A stretch of 64,000 nt of DNA from an uncultured Verrucomicrobiae bacterium (GTDB lineage Bacteria; Verrucomicrobiota; Verrucomicrobiia; Chthoniobacterales; UBA10450): positions 1,152,001-1,216,000 of the forward strand of contig CAVYXA010000001.1 of assembly GCA_963772365.1 (NCBI GenBank), given 5' to 3'. The position numbers were made by a program, and so were the translations under genes. The notes beneath the pieces are model-generated. The model did no database searches. It was not told where the DNA came from and was given only the letters and a program-made list of their open reading frames with translations. This document shows positions 30,825 to 40,339 of the stretch, piece by piece (the stretch's first letter is position 1; each line of letters starts with the position of its first letter).

Positions 30825-32756
30825 ATGATTGGTAACCTGGACTCGAAAACTCCCCCCGGCCCGCTCGACCGAAAATGGCAAAGCCATCGCGACCATTCGC
30901 GGCTTGTTAGTCCGAACAATCGTCGCAAGTTTGAAATTATCATCGTCGGGAGCGGACTGGCCGGCGGTTCGGCAGCGGCCACGCTCGGCGAACTCGGTTA
31001 TCGGGTAAAATGTTTTTGTTACCAGGATTCGCCACGGCGCGCTCACTCGATTGCCGCGCAAGGCGGAATTAATGCGGCGAAGAACTATCAGAATGACGGC
31101 GACAGCGTTTACCGGCTGTTTTACGACACAATTAAAGGTGGCGATTTCCGTTCGCGAGAGGCGAACGTTTATCGCCTCGCGGAAGTTTCGGTAAACATCA
31201 TCGATCAATGCGTCGCCCAAGGCGTGCCCTTCGCCCGTGAATACAGCGGTTATCTGGCGAATCGTTCTTTCGGCGGAGCGCAGGTCTCGCGGACGTTTTA
31301 CGCGCGCGGCCAGACCGGCCAGCAACTCCTGCTTGGTTGCTATCAGGCGCTTTGCCGGCAGATTGCTTTCGGCAGCGTGCAAATGTTTCCGCAAACGGAA
31401 ATGCTCGACCTCGTCGTTGTCGATGGTCATGCCAAGGGAATCATCACTCGCGACCTGAAAACCGGCAGGATCGACAGGTTCGCTGCCGATGCCGTTGTGC
31501 TCGCGACCGGCGGCTACGGAAATGTTTTTTATCTTTCAACGAACGCGCGCGGTTGCAATGTCACGGCCACGTATCGCGCCTATAAGAAAGGCGCGCTTTT
31601 CGCCAATCCCTGTTTCACTCAGATTCATCCCACTTGCATCCCCCACTCCGGCGAATTTCAATCCAAATTGACGTTGATGTCGGAGTCGCTTCGCAACGAT
31701 GGCCGTGTGTGGGTGCCGAAGCGCAAAGAAGATTGCGCGAAGCCGCCAAACCAAATTGCGGAAGCGGATCGCGATTATTATCTCGAACGAAAATATCCGA
31801 GCTTCGGCAATCTGTCGCCGCGCGACATCTCATCTCGCGCCGCGAAGGAAGTTTGCGACGAAGGCCGCGGCGTCGGCCCGGGCGGGCGCGGCGTGTATCT
31901 TGATTTTGCGGACGCCATCAAACGACTCGGCCAGGAAACGATCAGCGAACGTTACGGAAATCTCTTCGAAGTTTACGAAAAAATTACGGGCGAAAATGCC
32001 TACCGGGTGCCGATGCGGATTTATCCGGCGATCCATTACACCATGGGCGGGTTATGGGTGGATTACAATTTGATGAGCAATTTGCCCGGTTTGTTTGTAA
32101 TCGGCGAAGCGAACTTCTCCGATCATGGCGCGAACCGGCTCGGAGCCAGTGCGCTGATGCAAGGTCTCGCTGATGGCTATTTCGTTTTGCCTTACACATT
32201 GCCGAATTATCTAGCGGGACAATCCGGAAAACGGCCCTCGACTGAAAATCCAGAATTTACAAAAGCCGAAAGCGAAGTGCGGGCGAAGATCGACAATCTC
32301 CTCAAGATCAATGGAGATCGCTCCCTCGATGCGATTCATCGGGAACTTGGACTCCTCTTGTGGGAAAAATGTGGAATGGCGCGTAGTGCGAAAGGCTTGC
32401 AGGATGCGCTCCAAAAAATCCCTGAGCTACGCCAGGAATTTTGGAAAACTGTGCGTGTTCCCGGTGAGAACGAAGATTTCAATCAATCGCTCGAACGTGC
32501 CGGACGGGTAGCCGATTTTCTCGAATTCGCCGAGCTGATGTGCATCGACGCGCTCGCCCGCGATGAATCATGCGGCGCGCATTTTCGCGAGGAACATCAA
32601 ACGCCCGAAGGTGAAGCGAAACGGGACGATGAAAATTTTGCGTCCGTGTTTGCCTGGGAATTTCAAGGCGCAAATGGAACGGTCGCGCCGCCGCAATTGC
32701 ATCGTGAACCCTTACAATTCGAAACCGTGCATCTAACCCAAAGAAGCTACAAATGA
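30825..32756 (+). CDS. sdhA: Succinate dehydrogenase/fumarate reductase flavoprotein
   Basis: [43 protein letters not shown]. Confidence 0.97.
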   Translation: MIGNLDSKTPPGPLDRKWQSHRDHSRLVSPNNRRKFEIIIVGSGLAGGSAAATLGELGYRVKCFCYQDSPRRAHSIAAQGGINAAKNYQNDGDSVYRLFYDTIKGGDFRSREANVYRLAEVSVNIIDQCVAQGVPFAREYSGYLANRSFGGAQVSRTFYARGQTGQQLLLGCYQALCRQIAFGSVQMFPQTEMLDLVVVDGHAKGIITRDLKTGRIDRFAADAVVLATGGYGNVFYLSTNARGCNVTATYRAYKKGALFANPCFTQIHPTCIPHSGEFQSKLTLMSESLRNDGRVWVPKRKEDCAKPPNQIAEADRDYYLERKYPSFGNLSPRDISSRAAKEVCDEGRGVGPGGRGVYLDFADAIKRLGQETISERYGNLFEVYEKITGENAYRVPMRIYPAIHYTMGGLWVDYNLMSNLPGLFVIGEANFSDHGANRLGASALMQGLADGYFVLPYTLPNYLAGQSGKRPSTENPEFTKAESEVRAKIDNLLKINGDRSLDAIHRELGLLLWEKCGMARSAKGLQDALQKIPELRQEFWKTVRVPGENEDFNQSLERAGRVADFLEFAELMCIDALARDESCGAHFREEHQTPEGEAKRDDENFASVFAWEFQGANGTVAPPQLHREPLQFETVHLTQRSYK

Positions 32757-32764
32757 CCAAATTA

Positions 32765-32829
32765 ATTGTAGGGCAGGCGCTCCGCCTGCCAAAGCAAAGG
32801 AATGGCAACCGATACGGTTGCCCTACAAT
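32765..32829. repeat. Family A REP doublet
   Basis: attgtagggcaggcgctccgcctgcc..ggcaaccgatacggttgccctacaat. Confidence 0.88.
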
Positions 32830-32838
32830 TCGCCAACT

Positions 32839-33594
32839 ATGAACTTTCGGCTGAGAATCTGGCGACAGAAAAATCGACAATCGCGCGGCAAACTCGTCGA
32901 TTACGATGCGCCCGACATCTCGCCGAACGCATCGATTCTCGAGATGCTCGACATTGTGAACGAGAGATTACTGCTCCGCGGTGAGGAACCGATCGCCTTC
33001 GATTCCGATTGCCGCGAGGGAATTTGCGGAACCTGTTCGCTTTCCATCAATGGCGAAGCGCATGGGCCGGATCATCCCGGCGCTGCCTGCGAAGTTTACA
33101 TGAGAAAATTTCGCGATGGCCAAACGATCATTATCGAACCATTTCGGGTAAAATCGTTTCCGGTCGTCAAGGACCTCGTCGTCGATCGCAGCGCGCTGGA
33201 CCGCATTGTTCAAGCAGGCGGATTTATTTCCGCCCGGACCGGTTCCGCGCCGGAAGCCAATTCGATTCCCGTTCCCAAGCACGATTCCGACCTGGCCATG
33301 GAAGCGGCGGCGTGCATCGGCTGTGGCGCATGCGCGGCGGCGTGTCCGAATGCCTCGGCCATGCTGTTCACGGCGGCGAAGGTTTCGCACCTCGCGGTTT
33401 TACCTCAAGGTCACCCGGAGCGCGAAAGTCGCGTTTTAAAAATGGTTCGGGCGATGGACGCCGAAGGTTTCGGCAACTGCACGAATACCTATGAATGCGA
33501 AGCGGTGTGCCCGGCGGAGATCAGCGCGAGTTTCATTGCAAAACTGAACCGGGAATACGCACGGGCAAATTTCCGGCGCAGCGTCGAGGATTGA
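32839..33594 (+). CDS. sdhB: Succinate dehydrogenase Fe-S subunit
   Basis: [33 protein letters not shown]. Confidence 0.97.
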   Translation: MNFRLRIWRQKNRQSRGKLVDYDAPDISPNASILEMLDIVNERLLLRGEEPIAFDSDCREGICGTCSLSINGEAHGPDHPGAACEVYMRKFRDGQTIIIEPFRVKSFPVVKDLVVDRSALDRIVQAGGFISARTGSAPEANSIPVPKHDSDLAMEAAACIGCGACAAACPNASAMLFTAAKVSHLAVLPQGHPERESRVLKMVRAMDAEGFGNCTNTYECEAVCPAEISASFIAKLNREYARANFRRSVED

Positions 33595-33615
33595 TCACGC
33601 TCAATCCGCGTAGTT

Positions 33616-33768
33616 CTGGGTAGCGCACGCCTCCGGCGTGCTGGTTTCGGTGTTCCGCCGAAACAGTCTTTTTGGAGATCCGCTCGCAATCCAGCTTCAA
33701 ACCTGGTAGGGAAAGTTCGCGATCGCGAGGACGCGCTCGCCAGCACGCGAGACGCGTGCGCTACCCAG
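33616..33768. repeat. GTAG-type long palindromic element, family E
   Basis: Terminal inverted repeats ctgggtagcgcacgc..gcgtgctgg / ccagcacgcg..gcgtgcgctacccag; contains the ispE stop codon. Confidence 0.8.
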
Positions 33769-34591
33769 TCGTTTCGCATGCGCGCGTCCACAATTGCGGA
33801 TCCAACTCGGACTTCGCACGGTTCGCTACAAGATCGGCCTTCACATTCGGTCGCATGATCGCGAACATTGTCGATCCTGAACCGGACATCAAAGCGGCGC
33901 TCACTTCGGGCTGATTCAATAGCCACATTTTCATTCGTGCCAGGAAAACAAACTTCTCGAATGCGGGACGCTCCAGATCATTCACCAGAATCTGGTTCGA
34001 AAATTCCTGCGCTCCATATTTGATTTCCGGAACTTCGCGAGAACTCTGCCAATGTTTGTAAGCCCACGCCGTCGGAACGCCAAATTCCGGCTTTAATAAC
34101 AGGATCGACAACGGTTCCGGCAGTTTCGTCGGAGTTACCAGTTCGCCACGACCCTTGCAGATCGCCGCGGATTGAAAGATGAAAAATGGGACATCGGAGC
34201 CGATCGATTCCGCCATTTTGGCCAGCGCTTCTCGTGGCAATTTTGTTTCGAACAATTCGTTCATTGCCAGCAGTGTCGAAGCGGCATCGCTGCTGCCGCC
34301 GCCAAGACCTGCACCGTGCGGAATCTTTTTCCTCAACCGGATTGAGACTCCATCAGTGAGCTTTGTCGCGTCGAAAAACAATCTCGCAGCGCGCACGACC
34401 AGATTATCGGCGCCTCCGGGAATCGACGGATCATTGCATTCAAAATCGATAAGTTCCGCCTGCTTCTCGATGTCGATCTCATCGTAAAGCGAGATCGGAG
34501 CAATCAGAGTCTCGATCTCATGAAACCCATCCTCGCGTCTCTTGAGAATGCGCAACGAAAGATTGATCTTCGCGGGAGCAAGGATTTGCAT
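33761..34591 (-). CDS. ispE: 4-(cytidine 5'-diphospho)-2-C-methyl-D-erythritol kinase
   Basis: APAKINLSL, GFHEIET, IPHGAGLGGGSSDAA, GSDVPFF, MSGSGST. Confidence 0.96.
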   Translation of the reverse strand: MQILAPAKINLSLRILKRREDGFHEIETLIAPISLYDEIDIEKQAELIDFECNDPSIPGGADNLVVRAARLFFDATKLTDGVSIRLRKKIPHGAGLGGGSSDAASTLLAMNELFETKLPREALAKMAESIGSDVPFFIFQSAAICKGRGELVTPTKLPEPLSILLLKPEFGVPTAWAYKHWQSSREVPEIKYGAQEFSNQILVNDLERPAFEKFVFLARMKMWLLNQPEVSAALMSGSGSTMFAIMRPNVKADLVANRAKSELDPQLWTRACETTG

Positions 34592-34594
34592 ATT

Positions 34595-34676
34595 TGTCAT
34601 GTCGAGCGTAGTCGAGACATCCCGTGATGCCAGCCAAAGGTAGGCTACGGGGTCCTCGACTTCGCTCGGAATGACA
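34595..34676. repeat. Family C REP variant filling the ispE-pyrF spacer
   Basis: tgtcatgtcgagcgtagtcgagacatccc ... ggggtcctcgacttcgctcggaatgaca. Confidence 0.82.
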
Positions 34677-35360
34677 GACGTATCTGACAAAATCATTGTC
34701 GCGCTCGACGTATCTTCAAAACAAGAGGCGCTCGCGTTGGTAAACGAACTGCGCGATCAGATTTCGTTTTTCAAGGTCGGACTCCAACTTTACACCGCAG
34801 AAGGTCCCGAGATCGCACGTGCCGTTCGAAAAACCGGCGTGAAGGTTTTTCTCGATCTAAAGCTTTACGACATTCCAAACACAGTCGCCCGCGCCGTGGA
34901 GTCAGCGGTAACTCTCGACGTGCAAATGCTCACGATTCACTTGAGCGGCGGCAGGGAAATGATCCGCGCAGCCGTCGATGCTGGAAAAAACATGTCGATC
35001 CTTGGGGTGACAGTGTTGACGAGCGCGACCGAAGAGACGCTCCGCGAAACCGGCGTTTCCGACAACGTCGATAATCAGGTGGTGCATTTGGCGAAGCTCG
35101 GCTGGGAAAATGGAGTCAGCGGAATTGTGGCCAGCGCTCGAGAACTGAAGCAGCTGCGGGCGGAGCTCGGCGAGAAGATCAAAATCGTTGTCCCCGGTAT
35201 TCGACCGTCCGGTTCCGAAGCGGGCGACCAGAAACGGGTGATGACGCCACGCGAAGCGATCGATGCGGGTGCGGATTATCTGGTGATCGGACGACCGATT
35301 ACTGCGCAGCGAAATCCCCGTGAGGCTGCGAAGAGAATCTTGGAGGACCTCGTCGTTTGA
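34671..35360 (+). CDS. pyrF: Orotidine-5'-phosphate decarboxylase
   Basis: IIVALD, FKVG, FLDLKLYDIPNTV, VTVLTS, PGIRP, DQKRVMTP, VIGRPI. Confidence 0.96.
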   Translation: MTDVSDKIIVALDVSSKQEALALVNELRDQISFFKVGLQLYTAEGPEIARAVRKTGVKVFLDLKLYDIPNTVARAVESAVTLDVQMLTIHLSGGREMIRAAVDAGKNMSILGVTVLTSATEETLRETGVSDNVDNQVVHLAKLGWENGVSGIVASARELKQLRAELGEKIKIVVPGIRPSGSEAGDQKRVMTPREAIDAGADYLVIGRPITAQRNPREAAKRILEDLVV

Positions 35361-35378
35361 TGAGAACGGATCCATTTC

Positions 35379-35473
35379 TGTCATTCTGAGCGAAGCGAAG
35401 AATCTCTGACTATGTCTGGAAGGTCCTCTTCAGGAGGAATAGCTAGAGATGTTTCGCTTCGCTCAACATGACA
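35379..35473. repeat. Family C REP
   Basis: tgtcattctgagcgaagcgaagaatct..agagatgtttcgcttcgctcaacatgaca. Half copies at 37292-37320 and 59783-59796. Confidence 0.88.
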
Positions 35474-36190
35474 GAAAAGCTCTTCACAGATCTTCGTACT
35501 TACTTCGATAATGCCGCGCACTCGGCACCAATGAACATGGCGCTGGATGAAGCTTTGCTTGAGTCGGCCACTGTTCCGAGCATCCGCTTCTATGAATGGG
35601 ATCACGATGCGCTTTCGTTTGGTTATTTCGGACGCTTCAAGGATGTCCAAAGATTTGCCGGTGAGCGCGACCTGGTGCGGCGTTGGACAGGTGGTGGAAT
35701 CGTTTTTCATGGCACAGACCTGACCTACTCGATCGTAATCCCGCGAAGTGATCCGGCGTTCGATGAATCATCTATGTCGATCTACGAAAAAGTTCATCGC
35801 GCACTGTGCAATGCGCTCTTTGCCAGTGGAAACCGCGCAGAATTATCGGCTGTAGCGGCGGTCTGTGATCGCCGCAAATCCTGCTCCCGAGAAATGGCGG
35901 CGGTCACAGACCGCCGCTACAAGGATATGTGCTTCGAAAACCCGGTTCGCTCCGATGTAATGATCGACGGACACAAGATCGCCGGTGCGGCCCAGCGCCG
36001 GACCAAGCGCGGCTTGCTTCAGCAGGGCAGCATTCAGCATGTCGATCGCGGCGGCAGTCTTGGCAGTCGCTTTGCTCAGGCGTTGTCTCAAAATCCTGTC
36101 GATCGCGAGCTTGATCCGGCGCTACTGGAAAGGGCAAAGCGAATTGCGACTGAAAAGTATGGCAGTCGCGAATGGCTGCAAAAGCGGTGA
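35468..36190 (+). CDS. Lipoate--protein ligase family protein with in-frame REP insertion
   Basis: NMALDEALL, IRFYEW, RRWTGGGIVFH..DLTYS, KIAGAAQRR, LQQGSI. Confidence 0.88.
   Translation: MTEKLFTDLRTYFDNAAHSAPMNMALDEALLESATVPSIRFYEWDHDALSFGYFGRFKDVQRFAGERDLVRRWTGGGIVFHGTDLTYSIVIPRSDPAFDESSMSIYEKVHRALCNALFASGNRAELSAVAAVCDRRKSCSREMAAVTDRRYKDMCFENPVRSDVMIDGHKIAGAAQRRTKRGLLQQGSIQHVDRGGSLGSRFAQALSQNPVDRELDPALLERAKRIATEKYGSREWLQKR
35851..35921. repeat. Family B REP doublet inside a coding sequence
   Basis: tgtagcggcggtctgtgatcgccgc..gcggcggtcacagaccgccgctaca, translated as VAAVCDRR..AAVTDRRY. Confidence 0.92.
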
Positions 36191-36243
36191 AATTCTTGCC
36201 TGTTGCTTTGACAACAAGTAAGCCTGCCCAGTATTCTCGCGGT

Positions 36244-37272
36244 GTGAAAGCTGTGGCACCGGCCAATCTGGAACCGACCATTCCCGTAGCAGGGCCGCTG
36301 GCCCGGGTGGCGCAACTAATTAAGCCGCACCTGGACTCTGTCGAAACACGCATCGCGCGACAGACTGCGGAGTTTGATCCGGCCATCGAAGGCTATGTGG
36401 CATATGCAGTTGGCAGCCGCGGCAAACGTCTTCGTCCATTGCTCGCGCTTTTGGCCGGCGGAGCATCTGGCACGATTAACGCCGGACATGTCGATCTTGC
36501 TGTGATTGTCGAGCTCATTCACATCGCCACGCTGGTTCACGACGACATCATGGACGAAGCGGAACGGCGTCGCGGCCAACCGACGGTGAATGCGCGTTGG
36601 GGAAATTCGCTCAGTGTCTTGCTGGGCGACTGTCTGTTTGCTCACGCCCTAACTCTGTCCACGAATTTTGAGAATGCGAACATCAGCCGTGGAATCGCCC
36701 GCACCGCGACGACGGTTTGCTCCGGCGAGATGATCCAAACCCAGCGCCGATTCGATCTAAAACTGACCGTCGATGAGTATCTGCGGATCGTGGAAATGAA
36801 AACCGGTTCCCTGTTTTCCGCGGCGGCAGAACTCGCAGCGCTCATTAGCGAAGCCGATCCGGCGGTGATAACAATGTTGAAGCAGTTCGGAATCCGCATC
36901 GGTACGGCTTATCAAATTTACGATGATTGTCTCGATCTTGCCGGAACCGAAAGCGCGACCGGCAAGACGCTCGGGACTGATCTTCGCAAGGGCAAATTCA
37001 CACTCCCTGTCTTAATTTTCCTCCGCTCGGCTTCCGAGTTCGAGCGGGAACAGTGCTGCCGGCTCGTGCTCGAGGAAAAAATTGAAGAGATGACAGCACT
37101 CCTGACAAATGGAGCAACGAACGGAGCGCTGAACGAATCGATCGCGGCAGGCTGCAAGTTAATTCGCCAGGCGCAGACAAGTCTCGACCGGATTATTGCC
37201 AATCCCTATTCGGATGCGCTCTTCGCACTAGGCGACGCATTGTGCGACATGTTTGAGCAACTTCGCGTGTGA
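36244..37272 (+). CDS. Polyprenyl diphosphate synthase
   Basis: GKRLRP, ATLVHDDIMD..RRG, KTGSLF, YQIYDDCLD, GKTLGTDLRKGKFTLP. Confidence 0.93.
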   Translation: MKAVAPANLEPTIPVAGPLARVAQLIKPHLDSVETRIARQTAEFDPAIEGYVAYAVGSRGKRLRPLLALLAGGASGTINAGHVDLAVIVELIHIATLVHDDIMDEAERRRGQPTVNARWGNSLSVLLGDCLFAHALTLSTNFENANISRGIARTATTVCSGEMIQTQRRFDLKLTVDEYLRIVEMKTGSLFSAAAELAALISEADPAVITMLKQFGIRIGTAYQIYDDCLDLAGTESATGKTLGTDLRKGKFTLPVLIFLRSASEFEREQCCRLVLEEKIEEMTALLTNGATNGALNESIAAGCKLIRQAQTSLDRIIANPYSDALFALGDALCDMFEQLRV

Positions 37273-37356
37273 AACCGCGGTTTTCCAAACCTGTCATTCT
37301 GAGCGAAGCGAAGAATCTCTGATCATTTCTTCGACAACATCGTTCCCGCCATAGTC

Positions 37357-38052
37357 ATGCCGCAGCTCAAAATTCGCGAAATGCCGCAGGAAGAGCGTCC
37401 GCGCGAAAAACTTGCCGCCCATGGGGCATCGGCCCTGACCGATTCGGAGTTGATCGCGATTCTGTTGCGGATAGGAATTCCCGGCGCGAATGCCATCGAG
37501 ATCGGGCGTCGATTGCTGGAACAATATCGATCTTGGAACCGGCTGAGCCGATGCACTGTTCACGATTTAGCGCCAATTCCGGGGATCGGTTTTGCCAAAG
37601 CAACCCAGCTCGTGGCTGCATTTGAGATCGGTCAACGGCTGGCGCGCGAGAAACTCTCAGATCAAAAGATTGATTCGCCGGAATTGGTTCACGAATTACT
37701 CGGACCGGAAATGCGCAGGCTGAGCAAGGAATCGCTCCGCGTCATCCTGCTCGATACGCGCTATCATTTGATCCGCACTGAGGAAGTCTCGGTCGGCAGC
37801 CTCAACGAAAGCATCGCCCATCCCCGCGATGTTTTTCGGCCGGCAGTGATCTCCTCTGCCTACGCGGTCATTGTCGTCCACAATCATCCCTCGGGTGATC
37901 CATCCCCCAGCCAGACCGATCACAGTTTGACTCGCCGATTGGCCGAAGCCGCTGAGCTGTTACAGATCAAATTGCTCGATCACGTTATCATCGGCGCGCC
38001 CGGAGAAGGCAGTCCCGGCTATTTCAGTTTCAAGGAAGCGGGCGTGTTATAG
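37357..38052 (+). CDS. radC: RadC family JAB-domain protein
   Basis: ERPREKL, HPRDVF, VHNHPSGDPSPSQTD, LLDHVII. Confidence 0.95.
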   Translation: MPQLKIREMPQEERPREKLAAHGASALTDSELIAILLRIGIPGANAIEIGRRLLEQYRSWNRLSRCTVHDLAPIPGIGFAKATQLVAAFEIGQRLAREKLSDQKIDSPELVHELLGPEMRRLSKESLRVILLDTRYHLIRTEEVSVGSLNESIAHPRDVFRPAVISSAYAVIVVHNHPSGDPSPSQTDHSLTRRLAEAAELLQIKLLDHVIIGAPGEGSPGYFSFKEAGVL

Positions 38053-38070
38053 GGGCAATTCTAAAACAGA

Positions 38071-38892
38071 ATGACACGGGGAAAAATTCACCATACGGCA
38101 ATTGTCGATCCTCGCGCCGAGATCGGCAGCGATGTCGAGATTGGGCCGTTCTCGGTTGTCGGCCCGGAAGCCAAGATCGGAAACAATACCGTTCTGCAAT
38201 CGCATGTGGTTATGGAAGGCACGGTCGCGATCGGCTCCGGGAACTTTATTGGACACGGCGCAATCATCGGAGCCGCGCCGCAAGATCTCTCATTTTCAGC
38301 CGATCGAAAAACCAAAGTCGAAATCGGCAAGGACAATGTCATTCGCGAATATTGCACCGTTCATCGCGGGACAGTCGAAGGAAGCGCCACGAAAATCGGC
38401 AGCAAAAATTTTCTCATGGCTGGTGCGCATATTGGACACAATTGCGAGATCGGCAATAACGTCATCATCGCGAATAATTGTCTGTTAGGCGGTTACGTTC
38501 GAGTGGATGACGGCGCGTTTCTCGGCGGCGGCTGCGTGTTTCATCAGTTCATGCACGTGGGGCGTTTGGCCATCGCCCAGGGGGCTTCGGCTTTTAGTAA
38601 AGATATTCCGCCATTCGTCATCGCGGCTGAACGCAATTACGTCTTCGGGTTGAATGTCATTGGGATGCGCCGCGCCGGATTCAGCCCGCAAGATCGAGAT
38701 GAGATTAAAGCGGCATTCAGGCTGATCTACAAGAGCGGACTCAACATCAGTCAGGCACTCGAAAAGGCGAACACGATGAAAGTCGGTGCGGCTGCGCGTG
38801 AGTTTTTTGATTTTATCGCCGACGCGAAGAAGCGCGGGATTTGCCCGCTCAAACGCGGCGAACGCGATCAGAAGGAAATGACCGAAATCTAA
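38071..38892 (+). CDS. lpxA: UDP-N-acetylglucosamine O-acyltransferase
   Basis: Hexapeptide repeats, APQDL, IREYCTVHRGT, HIGHNC, GLNVIGMRRAGF. Confidence 0.93.
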   Translation: MTRGKIHHTAIVDPRAEIGSDVEIGPFSVVGPEAKIGNNTVLQSHVVMEGTVAIGSGNFIGHGAIIGAAPQDLSFSADRKTKVEIGKDNVIREYCTVHRGTVEGSATKIGSKNFLMAGAHIGHNCEIGNNVIIANNCLLGGYVRVDDGAFLGGGCVFHQFMHVGRLAIAQGASAFSKDIPPFVIAAERNYVFGLNVIGMRRAGFSPQDRDEIKAAFRLIYKSGLNISQALEKANTMKVGAAAREFFDFIADAKKRGICPLKRGERDQKEMTEI

Positions 38893-38898
38893 CGGCGA

Positions 38899-39651
38899 TC
38901 AATTTTTGCTGGCAAGATGAGCGAGCGCAGTTTGGACAAAGGCGGGCGCCATTCGACCAAAGATTGGCCCATGGCCGCCGTTCGGCACAATCCAGAGAGC
39001 CGCTTGCGGTATGCCGCGAAATAACTCAAACGCCATTTCCACCGGATAAAGCGGATCGCGGTCGCCATGCACGATCAGCGTCCGCGCCGTGATCGTTGTG
39101 AGGAGTGCGGGCGTAAAGGCCATGTCATCGTAGCTGGTGGCGAACGATCGTGTCATTGCATAGAGCTGCGCGATTTGTTCGTCTCCATGGATATGGCGAC
39201 TGCGTAACATGTCCCGTTCGGCAACAGGCAAATGCTCAAATGCTTCCTCAGTGTATTTAGCGGCCGTTTCCCGCAATTGAGGTGGAAAATAGGGCGTCGC
39301 ACTGACAAGGACCATCGACTGGATTCGATTCGGCTGCATGGTGGCGACATGCAGCAGGGTCTTCGCTCCCATGCTCATGCCGATCGCTTTCGCATGCGCA
39401 ATTTGAAGATGATCGAGCAACACAATGACATCGTTGGCGCATTGTTTGAACGTAAAGGACTTCGCCGGGTTCGTCGATCGACCATGCCCGCGCAGATCCG
39501 GCACGATCATTCGGTAATCCTCGGGGTCAGACGTAAAAATATGTTTCCAATCGCTGCCAATACCCATTCCTCCATGCAGAAGCAACAGCGGCTCACCTTC
39601 TCCGCGCACTTCGTAATACATTTCGAATCCATTCAACGCGACGATGGGCAT
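38899..39651 (-). CDS. Alpha/beta hydrolase
   Basis: LLLHGG, DLRGHGRS, GMSMG nucleophile elbow, GDRD, GGH. Confidence 0.9.
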   Translation of the reverse strand: MPIVALNGFEMYYEVRGEGEPLLLLHGGMGIGSDWKHIFTSDPEDYRMIVPDLRGHGRSTNPAKSFTFKQCANDVIVLLDHLQIAHAKAIGMSMGAKTLLHVATMQPNRIQSMVLVSATPYFPPQLRETAAKYTEEAFEHLPVAERDMLRSRHIHGDEQIAQLYAMTRSFATSYDDMAFTPALLTTITARTLIVHGDRDPLYPVEMAFELFRGIPQAALWIVPNGGHGPIFGRMAPAFVQTALAHLASKN

Positions 39652-39658
39652 ATAGATG

Positions 39659-40339
39659 TTATTTGATCCCGAGAAGCGCGAGCATGCGGCCGGTTTTTCC
39701 TTTCTCGGCCCGATAGGAATAGTAGCGATCCAAATCGCGGGCGGTGCAGATACCAATGTCGTAAATTTGCTTCAGTCCGCAGGATCGACATTGGCGAATG
39801 ATCTCCGCGGCAAAATCGATTTCGTAATGCGGCGGACGAATGCACGGGCTGAGTTGGACAATCATGTCGACTGGATCGGATCCGAATTCGGTCTTCATTT
39901 GTTCAATGGCTTTGATCACAATCGACAAAGCCGTTCCTTTTTTCCCAGAATGAACGAGACCGATCGCTGCAGTCTTGGGATCGACAAGGTAAACCGCGCA
40001 GCAATCGGCCACATGAATGCCGAGAAGAATTTCTCGCCGGTTGGTGATCATCCCGTCGCATCCTTCAAATTGCAGGTCCGATGCAATTTCTGGATCAATC
40101 ACTGCAATCTTATCGCCGTGGACTTGTTCCGCGGTAAGTAACGGCCAATCCGCCAGACCGATTTCGCGCCGAATCTTGTCGTGCGCAGCCTCGAGTTGTT
40201 TTAAAGCCTCCGCTTTGTCGTGGGCGACATCGACACCGGGAATCCGTGTGATAAACGCGTGCCGGCACGGCGGGAAATCCAGCGCGGCGAATTGTTCAAC
40301 GTGATTTGGCGCACCGCCCAATCGCGCCGTGCCGTTCAT
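39659..40339 (-). CDS. PgeF/YfiH (polyphenol oxidase-like) family protein
   Basis: EQVHG, DGMIT, VADC, VHSG, YYSYR. Confidence 0.88.
   Translation of the reverse strand: MNGTARLGGAPNHVEQFAALDFPPCRHAFITRIPGVDVAHDKAEALKQLEAAHDKIRREIGLADWPLLTAEQVHGDKIAVIDPEIASDLQFEGCDGMITNRREILLGIHVADCCAVYLVDPKTAAIGLVHSGKKGTALSIVIKAIEQMKTEFGSDPVDMIVQLSPCIRPPHYEIDFAAEIIRQCRSCGLKQIYDIGICTARDLDRYYSYRAEKGKTGRMLALLGIK

Noticed and set aside
35381..35710. Short ORFs with peptides such as [10 protein letters not shown] or RDSSLRSE (also 30761-30982, 37294-37563)
   Set aside because: These are translations of family C REP sequence, not genes.
37357..38052. radC as a mobile-element marker
   Set aside because: Full-length chromosomal type with the N-terminal ERPREKL region, among core genes.
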